Source: Candidatus Latescibacterota bacterium (GTDB lineage: Bacteria; Latescibacterota; UBA2968; UBA8231). From it: a DNA stretch of 64,000 bases. The notes beneath the pieces were generated by a model. That model saw only the letters and a program-made list of their open reading frames with translations. It made no database searches and was not told where the DNA came from. The translations under genes were made by a program, and so were the position numbers. The stretch lies in the NCBI GenBank assembly GCA_965215195.1, contig CBDCDC010000002.1, positions 4,672,001-4,736,000 on the forward strand, written 5' to 3'. Below are positions 27,886 through 37,825 of this stretch, one piece after another. Numbering within the stretch: the first letter of the stretch is position 1; the number at the start of each line of letters is the position of its first letter.

Positions 27886-29880
27886 ATGCGGGACAACGGC
27901 TACAGGGCCGTCGGCGAGGCGGCCGCCATCTTTGCACTCGCTTTGTCAACGCGGTGGCTCTACGTCCACCAGACCGGCGACCACCCCCTGCGGGATATTC
28001 CCATTGGTGCCGCCATCGCCCATGTCGAGCGAGCTGCTGGAGAAGCGGCCGGTTTCGCGTCGCTGTACGATGCCTTTCTCGCAGGCACCTTGGGCATGGC
28101 CGGCGGGGACTACCAGCTAGCCCGGGGAGTCCAAGTCGCGCTGGGCACCGCCAACTGCGTCCTCGCTTGGTCGCTGGCGCGGGCCGCCTTCTCGCCCGGA
28201 ATAGCCGTCGCCGCCGGCCTAGCCGCTGCTGTCTACAGTCCGGCGATCTACTTCGCTGGTGCGCTCTTGCCGCCGGTCTTGGCTACGTGTCTAGTGCTGC
28301 TCAGTCTGATCGCCCTAGCGCAAGCCCTAACCGCAACGAGGGCCTCGCTCTTCTCGCTGCCGGGCTTGCTGCTCGGACTGGCCGTGCTGGCCGAATGGTG
28401 GGTGTCGCTGTTCGCCTTAGTCATGCTCGTCTGGTTGCTGCAGCGGAAAAAGCGGGGAGCGGCTGCCTCGCTGGCCTTGGGGATCTGCGCGCTGCTGCTG
28501 CCCGCCCTCCTGTGGTCGGCTTGGACGCCGGGATTTGCAGAGCTTGGGCTGGCCGAGGGCTTCCGCCGGATCTACGCCCTCTGGCAAGGGATTGAGTTCC
28601 TGCCAGACCTCGATCCCTACTATGCGCGCCAGCATTCCAGTCTGCTTGCGGCCTTGTTGTGGAAAGCCGGGCTGGCCTTTCCCTTCGGCCTAGTGGCCCC
28701 GCTGGCCCTAGTGGGCATCCTCTCGCGCCTCCGCGTCGAGCGCCAGCCGCTGGAGACCGCGCTACTCCTGTTCGCTGGATGTTTCGCGGTGCAGGCCCTG
28801 CTCTTCGCGCCGGCCGACTCGGGCACGCGGTCCCCGGCCGCACCGGCCTTGCTGATCTTTGCCGCCGTCGGGGTGGCGGCTATGGGTGCCCGGCCGCGCC
28901 GGCCCGCGCTGGCCCTCGGTGCGGTTGGCCTTCTCCTAGGCGTTGGTCTCAACATGGGCGATATGGGCGCGGCCGGCCGCGCCCGCCAGCACTACTGGCT
29001 CGGCTATGGCTTTGAGCAACTCGGCCTGCGCGCCAATGCGGTGCGGGAGTACGAGTTGGCCCTTGCGCTGGACGCCGGAAGCCTAGAGACCTACTACGCG
29101 CTGGCCGAGCACTACCTAGCCCAGAGCGACAATATCCGCGCCGCTGGCCTCTACGAGAGCCTGCTCCAGCACTGGCCCGATCAGGACCGGGCACGCCGGG
29201 CCCTCGGCGAGGTGTACATGGCCTCCGGGCGTGCTCCCGCAGCAGCGAAGTTGTACCGGGCGCTGCTCAACGCGGAGGCCGATGCGAAGGCCGAGGTGCT
29301 ACCCATGCTGGGCGAGGCGCTGGTCCGCAGCGGCGACATGGAAGGAGGCATCAGGGCCTACCGCGAGGCGCTAGATGTTCTGCCGAGCAACGGCGCGGTA
29401 CGCGGCAAGCTGGCCTTGTTGTACTCGGCGACCGGCCAGCTCGCCGCGGCGGTGGACGCCTACCGCATCCTGTTCGAGGAGGGACAAGTGGCCGAATTCG
29501 GTCCGCCGCTGGCCGAGGTGCTAATCCGCAGTCAGCGGGACGAGGATGCGGCGGCCGTGCTCGAGCGGGTCCTGCAGGTCGCGCCCGAATCAACCGCGGC
29601 CCTAGCGCTGCGGGGCAAGCAACTGTTTGAGCAGGGCCGCCACCGCGCCGCCGCGGTCCACTTCGAGCGGTTGCGCCGGCTTTGGCCGCAGGACTACCGC
29701 GTCTATTTCTACCTAGCCAAGCTCTACGAGCATCTCGGCGAAGATACCAAGGCCGACGATGCCCACGCGCTCTACATCCGCTATCGGCGGCACAAAGCGC
29801 GCGCGGCCATGCAGGGGCACATGCAGCTAGTAGGAGAAACGATGGCGGAGAAGTTGCAATCCCATCTGGAGCAGAGATAG
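27886..29880 (+). CDS. GT-C (ArnT/PMT-like) membrane protein with C-terminal TPRs, degenerate (paralog A)
   Basis: About 10 hydrophobic helices followed by TPR-like helical repeats; shares LDPYYAR..SSLL.ALLW..GLAFPFGLV.PLAL with 41104-42915. Confidence 0.7.
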   Translation: MRDNGYRAVGEAAAIFALALSTRWLYVHQTGDHPLRDIPIGAAIAHVERAAGEAAGFASLYDAFLAGTLGMAGGDYQLARGVQVALGTANCVLAWSLARAAFSPGIAVAAGLAAAVYSPAIYFAGALLPPVLATCLVLLSLIALAQALTATRASLFSLPGLLLGLAVLAEWWVSLFALVMLVWLLQRKKRGAAASLALGICALLLPALLWSAWTPGFAELGLAEGFRRIYALWQGIEFLPDLDPYYARQHSSLLAALLWKAGLAFPFGLVAPLALVGILSRLRVERQPLETALLLFAGCFAVQALLFAPADSGTRSPAAPALLIFAAVGVAAMGARPRRPALALGAVGLLLGVGLNMGDMGAAGRARQHYWLGYGFEQLGLRANAVREYELALALDAGSLETYYALAEHYLAQSDNIRAAGLYESLLQHWPDQDRARRALGEVYMASGRAPAAAKLYRALLNAEADAKAEVLPMLGEALVRSGDMEGGIRAYREALDVLPSNGAVRGKLALLYSATGQLAAAVDAYRILFEEGQVAEFGPPLAEVLIRSQRDEDAAAVLERVLQVAPESTAALALRGKQLFEQGRHRAAAVHFERLRRLWPQDYRVYFYLAKLYEHLGEDTKADDAHALYIRYRRHKARAAMQGHMQLVGETMAEKLQSHLEQR

Positions 29881-31946
29881 TGCGGAGACCTGTTCTGATT
29901 CTGCTGGCACTCGCTGGGCCGCTCGGGCTTTCCACCGCTAACAGCCAAGAGGTGCGGTTTGGCCAAGGGGGCAACATCACCTGGGAAGGAGAGGTCTCCG
30001 GGTTGCAGGGCGTCTCCACCATCCAGCCCGAATTCCGCCCTTCCCTCAATCCGCACACCACCGCCCTCGGCGTCGCCCCGGACGACCAGATCGAGCTGGC
30101 GCATTCCGACTACCCCGGCGCCATTCTGCCCATCCAGCTAGACGAGGGCGAGAACCTGTCCGCGCGTCTCGTCGCCGAGGGCGGCAGCATCGTCTCGGAA
30201 ACGGCCGTGGAGATCAACAACGACGAGCTGGCGGCGATCCTGCAGGGGCTCCTTTCTCCCAAATCGACGGGCACGGCTTTCGAGCGCAAGGGCACCAATA
30301 TCCTCGGCACGCTGCTGACCGTGGACCTCGGCACCATCGTCGGCGTCAACCGCATCCGCTTCTTTCCGCGCAACACCTTCCTCCCCGCTCCGACCACGCC
30401 GTTTCAGAACGACTTTCTGAGGAACTTTGAACTGCGCATCCACGATGGCTTGCACCTGAACGAAGCCGGGTTGCCGGCCTTGGGGACCTGGGAGTCCTTC
30501 CTGACCGTTAAGGACAGCACCGAGCCAGTGACCGTCGTCGAAATCGATCCGCCCCGCTATCTGCGCTTTGTCCGCCTGCGCGCCTCATCGTCCATACCCT
30601 TCGAGATCGAGAAGCTACAGATTTTCGGCGAAGGCTTTTTTCCGACCGCCCAGTATCTCTCGCCCATCGTCGATTTGGGCACCCCCAGCAACTGGGGACA
30701 GATTCGCTGGACGAGGAACGTGCTGGGCGAGGAGGCCCTTACCGATCTCATCGTCCGCACCCGCACCGGCAGCGACGACACCCCCTTCGTCTATAACCGC
30801 AGGGAGGTGGGCAACCCCAACGCCGAGGATATACCCTTCTCCAGCGAAAACCCGGGCCAACCTCTTTCCCGGGCGGAGTTCCTCGACCTTCCCGTCAAGG
30901 GGACCGCGGCCGATGCCTATGAGCGCGGGTCCATACGGGACGACCTAGACAACTGGAGCCCGTGGTCGCCGCCTTACTCGGGCGCGGACGGCGCCCGCAA
31001 TACTTCTCCGGCACCCCGCACCTATATCCAGTTCCGGGTCGACTTTCTGAGCCGAGGGCTGCACTCTAGCCAAGTCCTCGACGGCGTCGCCTTTGAGTTC
31101 ACTAGGCCGGCTCTGGCCGATGCCCTCATCGCCGAGGTCTTTCCGCGCACCGTGGAGGCCGCTCGGTCCACTGCCTTTGCGTATGCGGTGCGGGCCGAAA
31201 TGGAGCGCAGCGAGCTTCAGGGCTTCAACGGTTTTGAACTATTCACTCAAGGACGGGTCGAGCGGATCGCCCGCCTGGAGATCGTCGCCGCCGACGGCCA
31301 GAGCATCTTAGATCACACCTTTGAGACGCAGGATAGCGTCGCGGATGAGGGCGACGCAGCCATCACTTCCATCACCGACGAGAGTTTCGCCGTGCGCTTC
31401 CCGCGCATTGAAACGCACGGCACCATACTCAAGATCCACTTCGTCAACCGCGTTCTTGCCTACAGCAGCGATTTCGGCGGTCGGGCCCTGGTACAGGGAA
31501 CCGAGGCCTTTCAATGGGTACAAGCCGGCAACGCGGCCGCCTTAGACGAGAGCGATGCCGGCTTCGATTCGGGCATCACCGTCTTGAGTCCGGCCGTGAC
31601 CCGCACCGGACTGATCGGCAACTTCGCCTTGGACACACCCGTTTTCACGCCCAACGGCGACGGCGTACGCGACGGCCTGCGGCTGCGTTTCGAGGTGCTC
31701 ACGGTCGTGGGAGAGGCCGATATCCGGGTGGCCCTGTTCGATGTTAGCGGCCGGCCGCAGGCAACGATCTTCGAACACCGGGGCGGCAACGGCACCTACA
31801 CTGGAGCCCGTTTCTCCCGCCTCCATTGGGACGGCCGCGACGACCGAGGCGAGCTGCTGCCGCCCGGGGTCTATCTCGTGCGCCTGGAGGTGGGCGGCGA
31901 CGCCCGGGCCACCGCGGCCGTCCGCTTAGTGGGGATTGCGTATTAA
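29880..31946 (+). CDS. Secreted protein with a C-terminal FlgD-Ig-like domain (paralog A)
   Basis: GTG start overlapping the upstream TAG; signal peptide; VDLG...VNRIRFFPR discoidin-like segment; FTPNGDGVRD, WDGRDDRG, PGVY; ends GIAY. Confidence 0.75.
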   Translation: MRRPVLILLALAGPLGLSTANSQEVRFGQGGNITWEGEVSGLQGVSTIQPEFRPSLNPHTTALGVAPDDQIELAHSDYPGAILPIQLDEGENLSARLVAEGGSIVSETAVEINNDELAAILQGLLSPKSTGTAFERKGTNILGTLLTVDLGTIVGVNRIRFFPRNTFLPAPTTPFQNDFLRNFELRIHDGLHLNEAGLPALGTWESFLTVKDSTEPVTVVEIDPPRYLRFVRLRASSSIPFEIEKLQIFGEGFFPTAQYLSPIVDLGTPSNWGQIRWTRNVLGEEALTDLIVRTRTGSDDTPFVYNRREVGNPNAEDIPFSSENPGQPLSRAEFLDLPVKGTAADAYERGSIRDDLDNWSPWSPPYSGADGARNTSPAPRTYIQFRVDFLSRGLHSSQVLDGVAFEFTRPALADALIAEVFPRTVEAARSTAFAYAVRAEMERSELQGFNGFELFTQGRVERIARLEIVAADGQSILDHTFETQDSVADEGDAAITSITDESFAVRFPRIETHGTILKIHFVNRVLAYSSDFGGRALVQGTEAFQWVQAGNAAALDESDAGFDSGITVLSPAVTRTGLIGNFALDTPVFTPNGDGVRDGLRLRFEVLTVVGEADIRVALFDVSGRPQATIFEHRGGNGTYTGARFSRLHWDGRDDRGELLPPGVYLVRLEVGGDARATAAVRLVGIAY

Positions 31947-31956
31947 CAGGCGTTTT

Positions 31957-34704
31957 ATGGGTCATTGCACGAAAAAACGAGGCCGGGGCGGACGCAGAAG
32001 GCCGAAGGCCATACCGCGACTTGTTTGTGTCTTGCTCGCGGCAAGTTCCGGCATCTGTCTCGAGACGGCGGATGGTCAGAGCGACTACGGCAGTCGTCTC
32101 GGCCAAGTGCAGGCCGGCAAGCGGAGCTTCGTACCGCATGGGCCCATGACCCTGATGGAGGCTGTTGATCCGGCCGTGCGAAAATGGTACGTGCCGCAGG
32201 AGTTGTACTCGCAGTCCGGGTTCTGGCAGTGGGAGACCACCAACTACGCCCGCGAGCCGTACCAAGGCTATGTCAACAACACCCTCGAAGGCGACTTCTT
32301 CTACGATCTCTACGGCAATCTGCTCACGCGGGGATGGCTGCTTTACAACACCAACCAGACGAATCCGGTAGAACGCGGACACGTCGTGTTTGAATCCCGC
32401 AACCTGAGCGACTGGTTTTCCAACATCGCCGTCGCATCCGAGGAGAAGGGTCAGTATCGCTACGCCCTGACCGTGGGCCGCGATCTGCGCACGACCCTGA
32501 CCCCGATGGTCTTTTCAAAACCGAGGTTCAACGGGGTGCAGCTCGATCTCGCTACCGACAAGTACAAGGGGACCATAATCTACTCACAGGGCGGCATCGG
32601 CGGTCAGGCGGACGTGCGGCCCCGCACCGACGTCACCACGATCATGGGAGGCCGCTTTGTGACTCAGGTGGGCGATTTCGTGGAAGTGGGGGTCCACATG
32701 GCCAACGCCCATCAGTCCAACAGCCTGAACGACCGGCTGATGGACAACCTGCTCTCCGGCTCGCTACCGGAATCCAAGAACGAGCTGGTTTCCAGCATTG
32801 AGATCGTCCTGCGCGACGACTCGCCCGAAGACCTGACGAGCGGAGCGGCCTACTTTCCAGCCGGATCCGATGTCATCATCACCTACCTCGACGGCACCAA
32901 AGATGCCGGCCAGGATATTCGCTTTGCGCCCGTAGTGCAGGGAGGAATTCCCGGCAAGGGTTTTCTCACCGCCACCGGCAACGACGCGATCCGCCTGACC
33001 TACGACTTCACGGACCCCTCGTTTGTCTCCCGGGCCCGAGCGGACCGCAGCGAAATTGTCAAGGTCGAATTCCGCCTGACCCTAGCCAACGACTACCAGA
33101 TATGGATGACCTCGGATCGACAAACCAGCCGCAGCGGCGAGCCCGTGCTGCTGATCGTGGAGCGGGCGGCAGGCAATGTCAGTGACGGCTCCAATCTACG
33201 CGTCGTGCAGTTCGAGTACGGTCTGCCCACCGCCACGCACCTGATCGGCAGCAGCTTGAAGGTGAACGACGTGTGGGGCTTTGACCTCTACGGCGAATAC
33301 GACCTCGGGTGGACCTACCGCAAATACCCCAATCCGCTGGCCGAGAGCCACGAGGTCTCGTCCGGCGTCCGCGGCAAGCGCGCCCGGCCGGCCTATATGT
33401 TGAACCTAAGCAAGCAGGCCCATCCGTTCTTCTTCTTCGGCGAGGCCTATGCCATCGATCCCCTGTACAATACCCAGACCTTCGTCGTAGATGCAGACGG
33501 CACCATGTTCTACGATGAGGACCGCTTGAAGCTGGAGCTGGTGGACGACAACGACGATCAGGACCGCCTCCCCGACCTATACCGCCTCGACACGGTAGCC
33601 CAAGGCACGGCCGATCCCTTTGCCGCAGAACTGGGTGCCGTCGACTTCCGCGTTTTTCCCGGCTGGGATCGCAACAACGATTTCATCCCCGACTTCAATC
33701 AAAACGACAATCGGGCCCAGCCCAATACCATCCCCGACTACGAGGAGCCGTTTCTGCGGTTTGGCAGCGACCGTCCCGAGTTCCTGCTCGGGGTCGACAT
33801 GAACCACAACTACTGGGTCGATCGCTTTGAGAACGACGAGGAGCCGGACTACCCCTACCGCCGGGATCGCCGCGGCTTCAACCTGTTCGGGGGGGTCCAT
33901 CTGACCCCGTATCTAGAGGTCAAAGTCGGTGCGCTCCGCGAGGAAGCGATCGCCTCCGAACAGCGCAATCACAGCGACTACGCAGTGCTGGAATGCAATC
34001 GCACCTCGCCGCGTTGGGGGCGGTTGCGCCTCTTGCAAATGTTGGAGTTGGTCCACGACGATATCGCCGATCCGCTGCTGCAATGGGCCCCCAACAATTC
34101 CCTCGCCGGCGGACGGGTCGTGCGCCTAGCCGATCCGCTGCTGGCCCGGGACGCCTCGGTCAACCGTTCCTTCGTCGGCCACCACTGGCAGGTGGGGCCT
34201 TGGTTCGTGCAGAGCAAGTTGAGTTATCTCCGCTTCGCCCAGCGGCTGGACGAGCAGGAAAGGCTGCGCCACGGCCTCGACGAGTCCGACTTCTTCTTCG
34301 GCCTCATCAACAAGGCCGCCTACCGCTATCGTTTGGGCCCAGTGGAACTCGTGCCGCGGTGGAAGAGCGAATACATAAACCAGAGTCGCAATCTGTTCAG
34401 CGACGAGGAACGCACCACGTTGACAGAGATGTTTTCCGGCTTGGTGATCGTGCCGCTGCTGTACGCTACCACCCTGCAGGGAGGGGTCGAATACCTCCTT
34501 TCCCGAGACTTGGACGGCCGCACAGCCGATTTCACCACCGCGTCCTACGGCTTGCAGATCACCAGCACCTCGGCCTATCAGGGCTACGAGATGTGGCTCG
34601 TCACGAGGTTCGTGGTGGAGCGCACCGACCCGCGAGGGGAGGATGCCTTCACGAGGGTGCAATCGTTCATCAGCATATACGCTGGACTGGAAAAGCCGCA
34701 ATGA
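31957..34704 (+). CDS. Uncharacterised ~915-aa exported protein, putative outer-membrane barrel (paralog B)
   Basis: Shares RKWYVPQELY, TLTPMVFSKPRF, LRDDSPED, GAAYFPAGSD, PDFNQNDNR, GVDMNHN, PRWKSEYI and YAGLE with 25202-27877; start uncertain. Confidence 0.6.
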   Translation: MGHCTKKRGRGGRRRPKAIPRLVCVLLAASSGICLETADGQSDYGSRLGQVQAGKRSFVPHGPMTLMEAVDPAVRKWYVPQELYSQSGFWQWETTNYAREPYQGYVNNTLEGDFFYDLYGNLLTRGWLLYNTNQTNPVERGHVVFESRNLSDWFSNIAVASEEKGQYRYALTVGRDLRTTLTPMVFSKPRFNGVQLDLATDKYKGTIIYSQGGIGGQADVRPRTDVTTIMGGRFVTQVGDFVEVGVHMANAHQSNSLNDRLMDNLLSGSLPESKNELVSSIEIVLRDDSPEDLTSGAAYFPAGSDVIITYLDGTKDAGQDIRFAPVVQGGIPGKGFLTATGNDAIRLTYDFTDPSFVSRARADRSEIVKVEFRLTLANDYQIWMTSDRQTSRSGEPVLLIVERAAGNVSDGSNLRVVQFEYGLPTATHLIGSSLKVNDVWGFDLYGEYDLGWTYRKYPNPLAESHEVSSGVRGKRARPAYMLNLSKQAHPFFFFGEAYAIDPLYNTQTFVVDADGTMFYDEDRLKLELVDDNDDQDRLPDLYRLDTVAQGTADPFAAELGAVDFRVFPGWDRNNDFIPDFNQNDNRAQPNTIPDYEEPFLRFGSDRPEFLLGVDMNHNYWVDRFENDEEPDYPYRRDRRGFNLFGGVHLTPYLEVKVGALREEAIASEQRNHSDYAVLECNRTSPRWGRLRLLQMLELVHDDIADPLLQWAPNNSLAGGRVVRLADPLLARDASVNRSFVGHHWQVGPWFVQSKLSYLRFAQRLDEQERLRHGLDESDFFFGLINKAAYRYRLGPVELVPRWKSEYINQSRNLFSDEERTTLTEMFSGLVIVPLLYATTLQGGVEYLLSRDLDGRTADFTTASYGLQITSTSAYQGYEMWLVTRFVVERTDPRGEDAFTRVQSFISIYAGLEKPQ

Positions 34705-37700
34705 CTAGACGAGCAGACCGCGCCCTGTGCGGCATTCTCTTGCTGATCGGCGGCAGCCCGCTGTGGGCGCAGCAGGGCTACGACCTGCGCAACGATCAGA
34801 TCGTCGTCGACCAAGCGCGACACTGGGAGGCGTGGACGATGCCCGTCCACCTCGTCCGCGTCGAGAGGGATGGCGCGGTGCGAGCGCGGGACTTTCGCAC
34901 GGTCTATGAGCTGCTGTCCGACCGCTCCTTCGCCCGGCCGGTGACCCTCACCCGCTCCGCTGCGCGCATAGCCAACATGGACAGCACCCTCAGGCTGGAT
35001 TTCCAAGGCAATGCGGTCAGGGACCTGAGCGGCAATCTCGTCTACGACTACTTAGTCCGACCCGGCGTGAGCCGCGCTGGGTCCAATCCCCACCTGATGC
35101 AGCACATCGCCGACGGAGATCCGCACACCTTCTGGGAACCCGACCTTGACGACCCCCCCGAGGACTGGTGGGTCGAAGTGGACTTGGGCCGTCCGGTGCC
35201 CCTAGAGAGAGTTCGGCTGTCCTTCGCCGAGGAGGCGTTGGGGGATCCCTTTTACCGGTTTATCCTCCTCCTCGGGCCAACCCAAGGCAACTACACCGAT
35301 GAGACGCCCGGCAACGCGGAGACCTTCATTCCCTTTGAAGGAGTGAACGCAGACCAGCGCACCTTCGTCTTTGACGCGGAACGGGTCAGCGACGACCTGC
35401 CCGCAGACGACCGGGCGGCACAGAATAGACGGCTGCCCGTCGCGGACAGCAACAAGAACTCCAGCGCGTACTACGGAGTTGCCGAACCGAGTCCAGAGTG
35501 GAACGGCAAGCTGGTCGAAATCATCCGCATCGTGGTCACGGACACTCGCGGGCGCCGCGCCGAGCAAATCAGCGAGGAGCAATGGCAGGTCCTGCCGGCG
35601 GATGAGCGCGGCGACCTCGTCTATTTTCTGCAGGACGGGGACTTCGAGGAGCCCGTGGATGAAGACACCTATTTCGCCCTCCCTGAAGACCGGCAGGGAA
35701 GGCGGGTCCACTATCGCCGCGAGTTGCCGCGCCTCGCCGAGGTAGAGGCCTGGGGTCGGGGGGACGAGATCGGTATTGAGATACTAGCCGGCGGCGGCGC
35801 GGTGGAGCAGACTTCGACCGGCGGCGCTCCGGCTGCAATGTTCGATGGGAGTTATGGCAGCGCTAATCAGCTCAGCACCTACCTCATCTCCGCTCCGGGA
35901 CAGAATACCCTGACCATCGATATCGGCGGCACCGTTTGGTTGAAAGAGATCCGCACCATCAGCCAAAACCCGCCGCGCGGCTACATCTTGCGCGGCTCGA
36001 ACGGCACGAGGGACGCGCAGGGGAACCTCCAGTGGGAGCAACTCTCCTCGGTTGAGCGCGAGACCAACGTCGATAACGGCTATTTCCGCCTCCTCGCGGA
36101 TGTACTGGCGCCGGCCCGCCGCGTCCGCTTCCTCGATATGATCGCCTTTGCTCTCCAAGAGGACAGCACCGAACTCACCAGCCGCGTCTGGCCGCGGATT
36201 CGGCTGATGTGGCTCTTCTCCGCGGGCCCTCCGGCCGAAGCGGTACTGGAATCGGACCTGATCGAATTGCCCGGCGTGGTCGCCCTCGGCGCGGTTCGCT
36301 GGGAGGCCGAGGCCCCCCCCGGCTCCGAGGTGCAGATCCGCACCCGCACCGGCGACCAGCTAGTGGAGCGCATCCGCTACTTCGACAAGACCGGCAACGA
36401 AAAGACCAAGTCCCAGCACAGAAGGCTGTCCTTTACCCAGAAAGGCCCTATCGACACGTCGAACGTGGCAGGGCCGGGATGGAGTGCTTGGAGCAGGAAG
36501 TACGAGCGTTCCGGCGATCCGGCCACCTCGCCAGGGCTGCGCCGCTTCCTGAAGATCCAGGTGCGCCTCGTCAATCGCGACCGCAAGGCGGTGCCGGGCA
36601 TTGAGCAGATCAGCGTCGATTTGCGGACGCCGGTGGCCCAGCGACTGGGCGCTGAGGTCTGGCCCGAGCTAGCGACCGCCGGCCGTCTCGATACCTTTGA
36701 GGTCTTCGTGCAGCCCAGTTTCCTCGAGCAGCCCTCCAGTAGCCACAGCCCGGGTTTCGACGAGGTCCTCGTCAGGGCCGATCCGCCAATCGATCTCCGC
36801 GTACTAGACCTAGCGGTGGGCACCGAGTCCGAACTGTCGCGGAGCGAGCCGGCGCGGCTCTTTGAGCGGCCCCACGCCGAAGGACTCGCAGGTGCCGATG
36901 GTCAAGTCCTTCAGGTATTCAGCGAGGGAGATTCGCTCTGGTTGCGCCTGCCCGCACCGCTGCGGAGCGTCCCCGCGGGGTTGCTCCCCCGCCTCTACTA
37001 CCGCCAGCTCGACCCCGGCGACGAAGTACCCACCGGGCTAGACGGCCGGCTGCTAACCGCAAACAGCCACAGCCGATTGCCCGAAGACGAGCGGGGAGCA
37101 ATTCGCCATTTCCGACGAGACGGAGCAGAACTGGAGGAGGTAGCTAGCAACACCTACCAGAGCTTACCCGAGGGGGAGAAGGGCCCGGTGCGCTACTTCC
37201 GAGTCGTGACGAGCTTGGGGGAACAGACGGCGTTCACCGCGCTCGGGGACTCCCTGAGCGATAGCCAGTACGCTCGCTTGAGCGCCAACGAGCGCGGCCG
37301 GGTGGTCGGCCCTGGGCGGCTGTTGCGCCTGCGCTTCTGCTCTGCGGTGTACCTGCCGAGCACCCAGTTGGAAGTAGCCGTGCGCCACAGCAGTCTGGCG
37401 GCGCTTTGGCAGGGCGCTGCGGACCAAGATGTCACCGCCCTGCGCCCGGCAAGCTCCTTGGTCATCCAAGCTGGGGAAATAGGCGACGTCGTCGCCGATC
37501 TCTCCATCACTCCCAATCCCTTTACGCCCAACGGCGACGGGGTCAACGACGAGGCCCAGATCAGTTTCTCCCTGTTCGCAGTCGCCGCCTCTCGTGCGGT
37601 CGTGGTGCGGATTTACTCCCTAAGCGGCGCTCCCGTCCGCCGCCTAGAGAGCCAGTTGGTGGGTGGTCCACAGGTTGTCGCGTGGAATGGCCGCGACGAT

Positions 37701-37808
37701 AGCGGTGCCCCAGTGGCCCCCGGTCTCTACCTCTGCCAGGTCGGCGCGGCAGCGGATGCCGAGGCCGGAAGGCGGAAGCGTTTTCGCGTGATCGCCGTAG
37801 CGTATTGA
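34701..37808 (+). CDS. Secreted 1035-aa protein with discoidin-like and C-terminal FlgD-Ig-like domains (paralog B)
   Basis: ATGA overlap with the upstream stop; signal peptide ending LWA-QQ; DGDPHTFW...WWVEVDLG; PNPFTPNGDGVND, WNGRDDSG, PGLY; ends AVAY. Confidence 0.78.
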   Translation: MTRRADRALCGILLLIGGSPLWAQQGYDLRNDQIVVDQARHWEAWTMPVHLVRVERDGAVRARDFRTVYELLSDRSFARPVTLTRSAARIANMDSTLRLDFQGNAVRDLSGNLVYDYLVRPGVSRAGSNPHLMQHIADGDPHTFWEPDLDDPPEDWWVEVDLGRPVPLERVRLSFAEEALGDPFYRFILLLGPTQGNYTDETPGNAETFIPFEGVNADQRTFVFDAERVSDDLPADDRAAQNRRLPVADSNKNSSAYYGVAEPSPEWNGKLVEIIRIVVTDTRGRRAEQISEEQWQVLPADERGDLVYFLQDGDFEEPVDEDTYFALPEDRQGRRVHYRRELPRLAEVEAWGRGDEIGIEILAGGGAVEQTSTGGAPAAMFDGSYGSANQLSTYLISAPGQNTLTIDIGGTVWLKEIRTISQNPPRGYILRGSNGTRDAQGNLQWEQLSSVERETNVDNGYFRLLADVLAPARRVRFLDMIAFALQEDSTELTSRVWPRIRLMWLFSAGPPAEAVLESDLIELPGVVALGAVRWEAEAPPGSEVQIRTRTGDQLVERIRYFDKTGNEKTKSQHRRLSFTQKGPIDTSNVAGPGWSAWSRKYERSGDPATSPGLRRFLKIQVRLVNRDRKAVPGIEQISVDLRTPVAQRLGAEVWPELATAGRLDTFEVFVQPSFLEQPSSSHSPGFDEVLVRADPPIDLRVLDLAVGTESELSRSEPARLFERPHAEGLAGADGQVLQVFSEGDSLWLRLPAPLRSVPAGLLPRLYYRQLDPGDEVPTGLDGRLLTANSHSRLPEDERGAIRHFRRDGAELEEVASNTYQSLPEGEKGPVRYFRVVTSLGEQTAFTALGDSLSDSQYARLSANERGRVVGPGRLLRLRFCSAVYLPSTQLEVAVRHSSLAALWQGAADQDVTALRPASSLVIQAGEIGDVVADLSITPNPFTPNGDGVNDEAQISFSLFAVAASRAVVVRIYSLSGAPVRRLESQLVGGPQVVAWNGRDDSGAPVAPGLYLCQVGAAADAEAGRRKRFRVIAVAY

Positions 37809-37825
37809 GGGATCTGGTGCAGACT

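Noticed and set aside
33993-34700. N-terminal 236 aa of the 1271-aa ORF in the track
   Set aside because: It overlaps the upstream gene; the signal peptide and ATGA overlap place the real start at 34701. The same logic applies to the extensions at 29682, 41005, 51420 and 52552.
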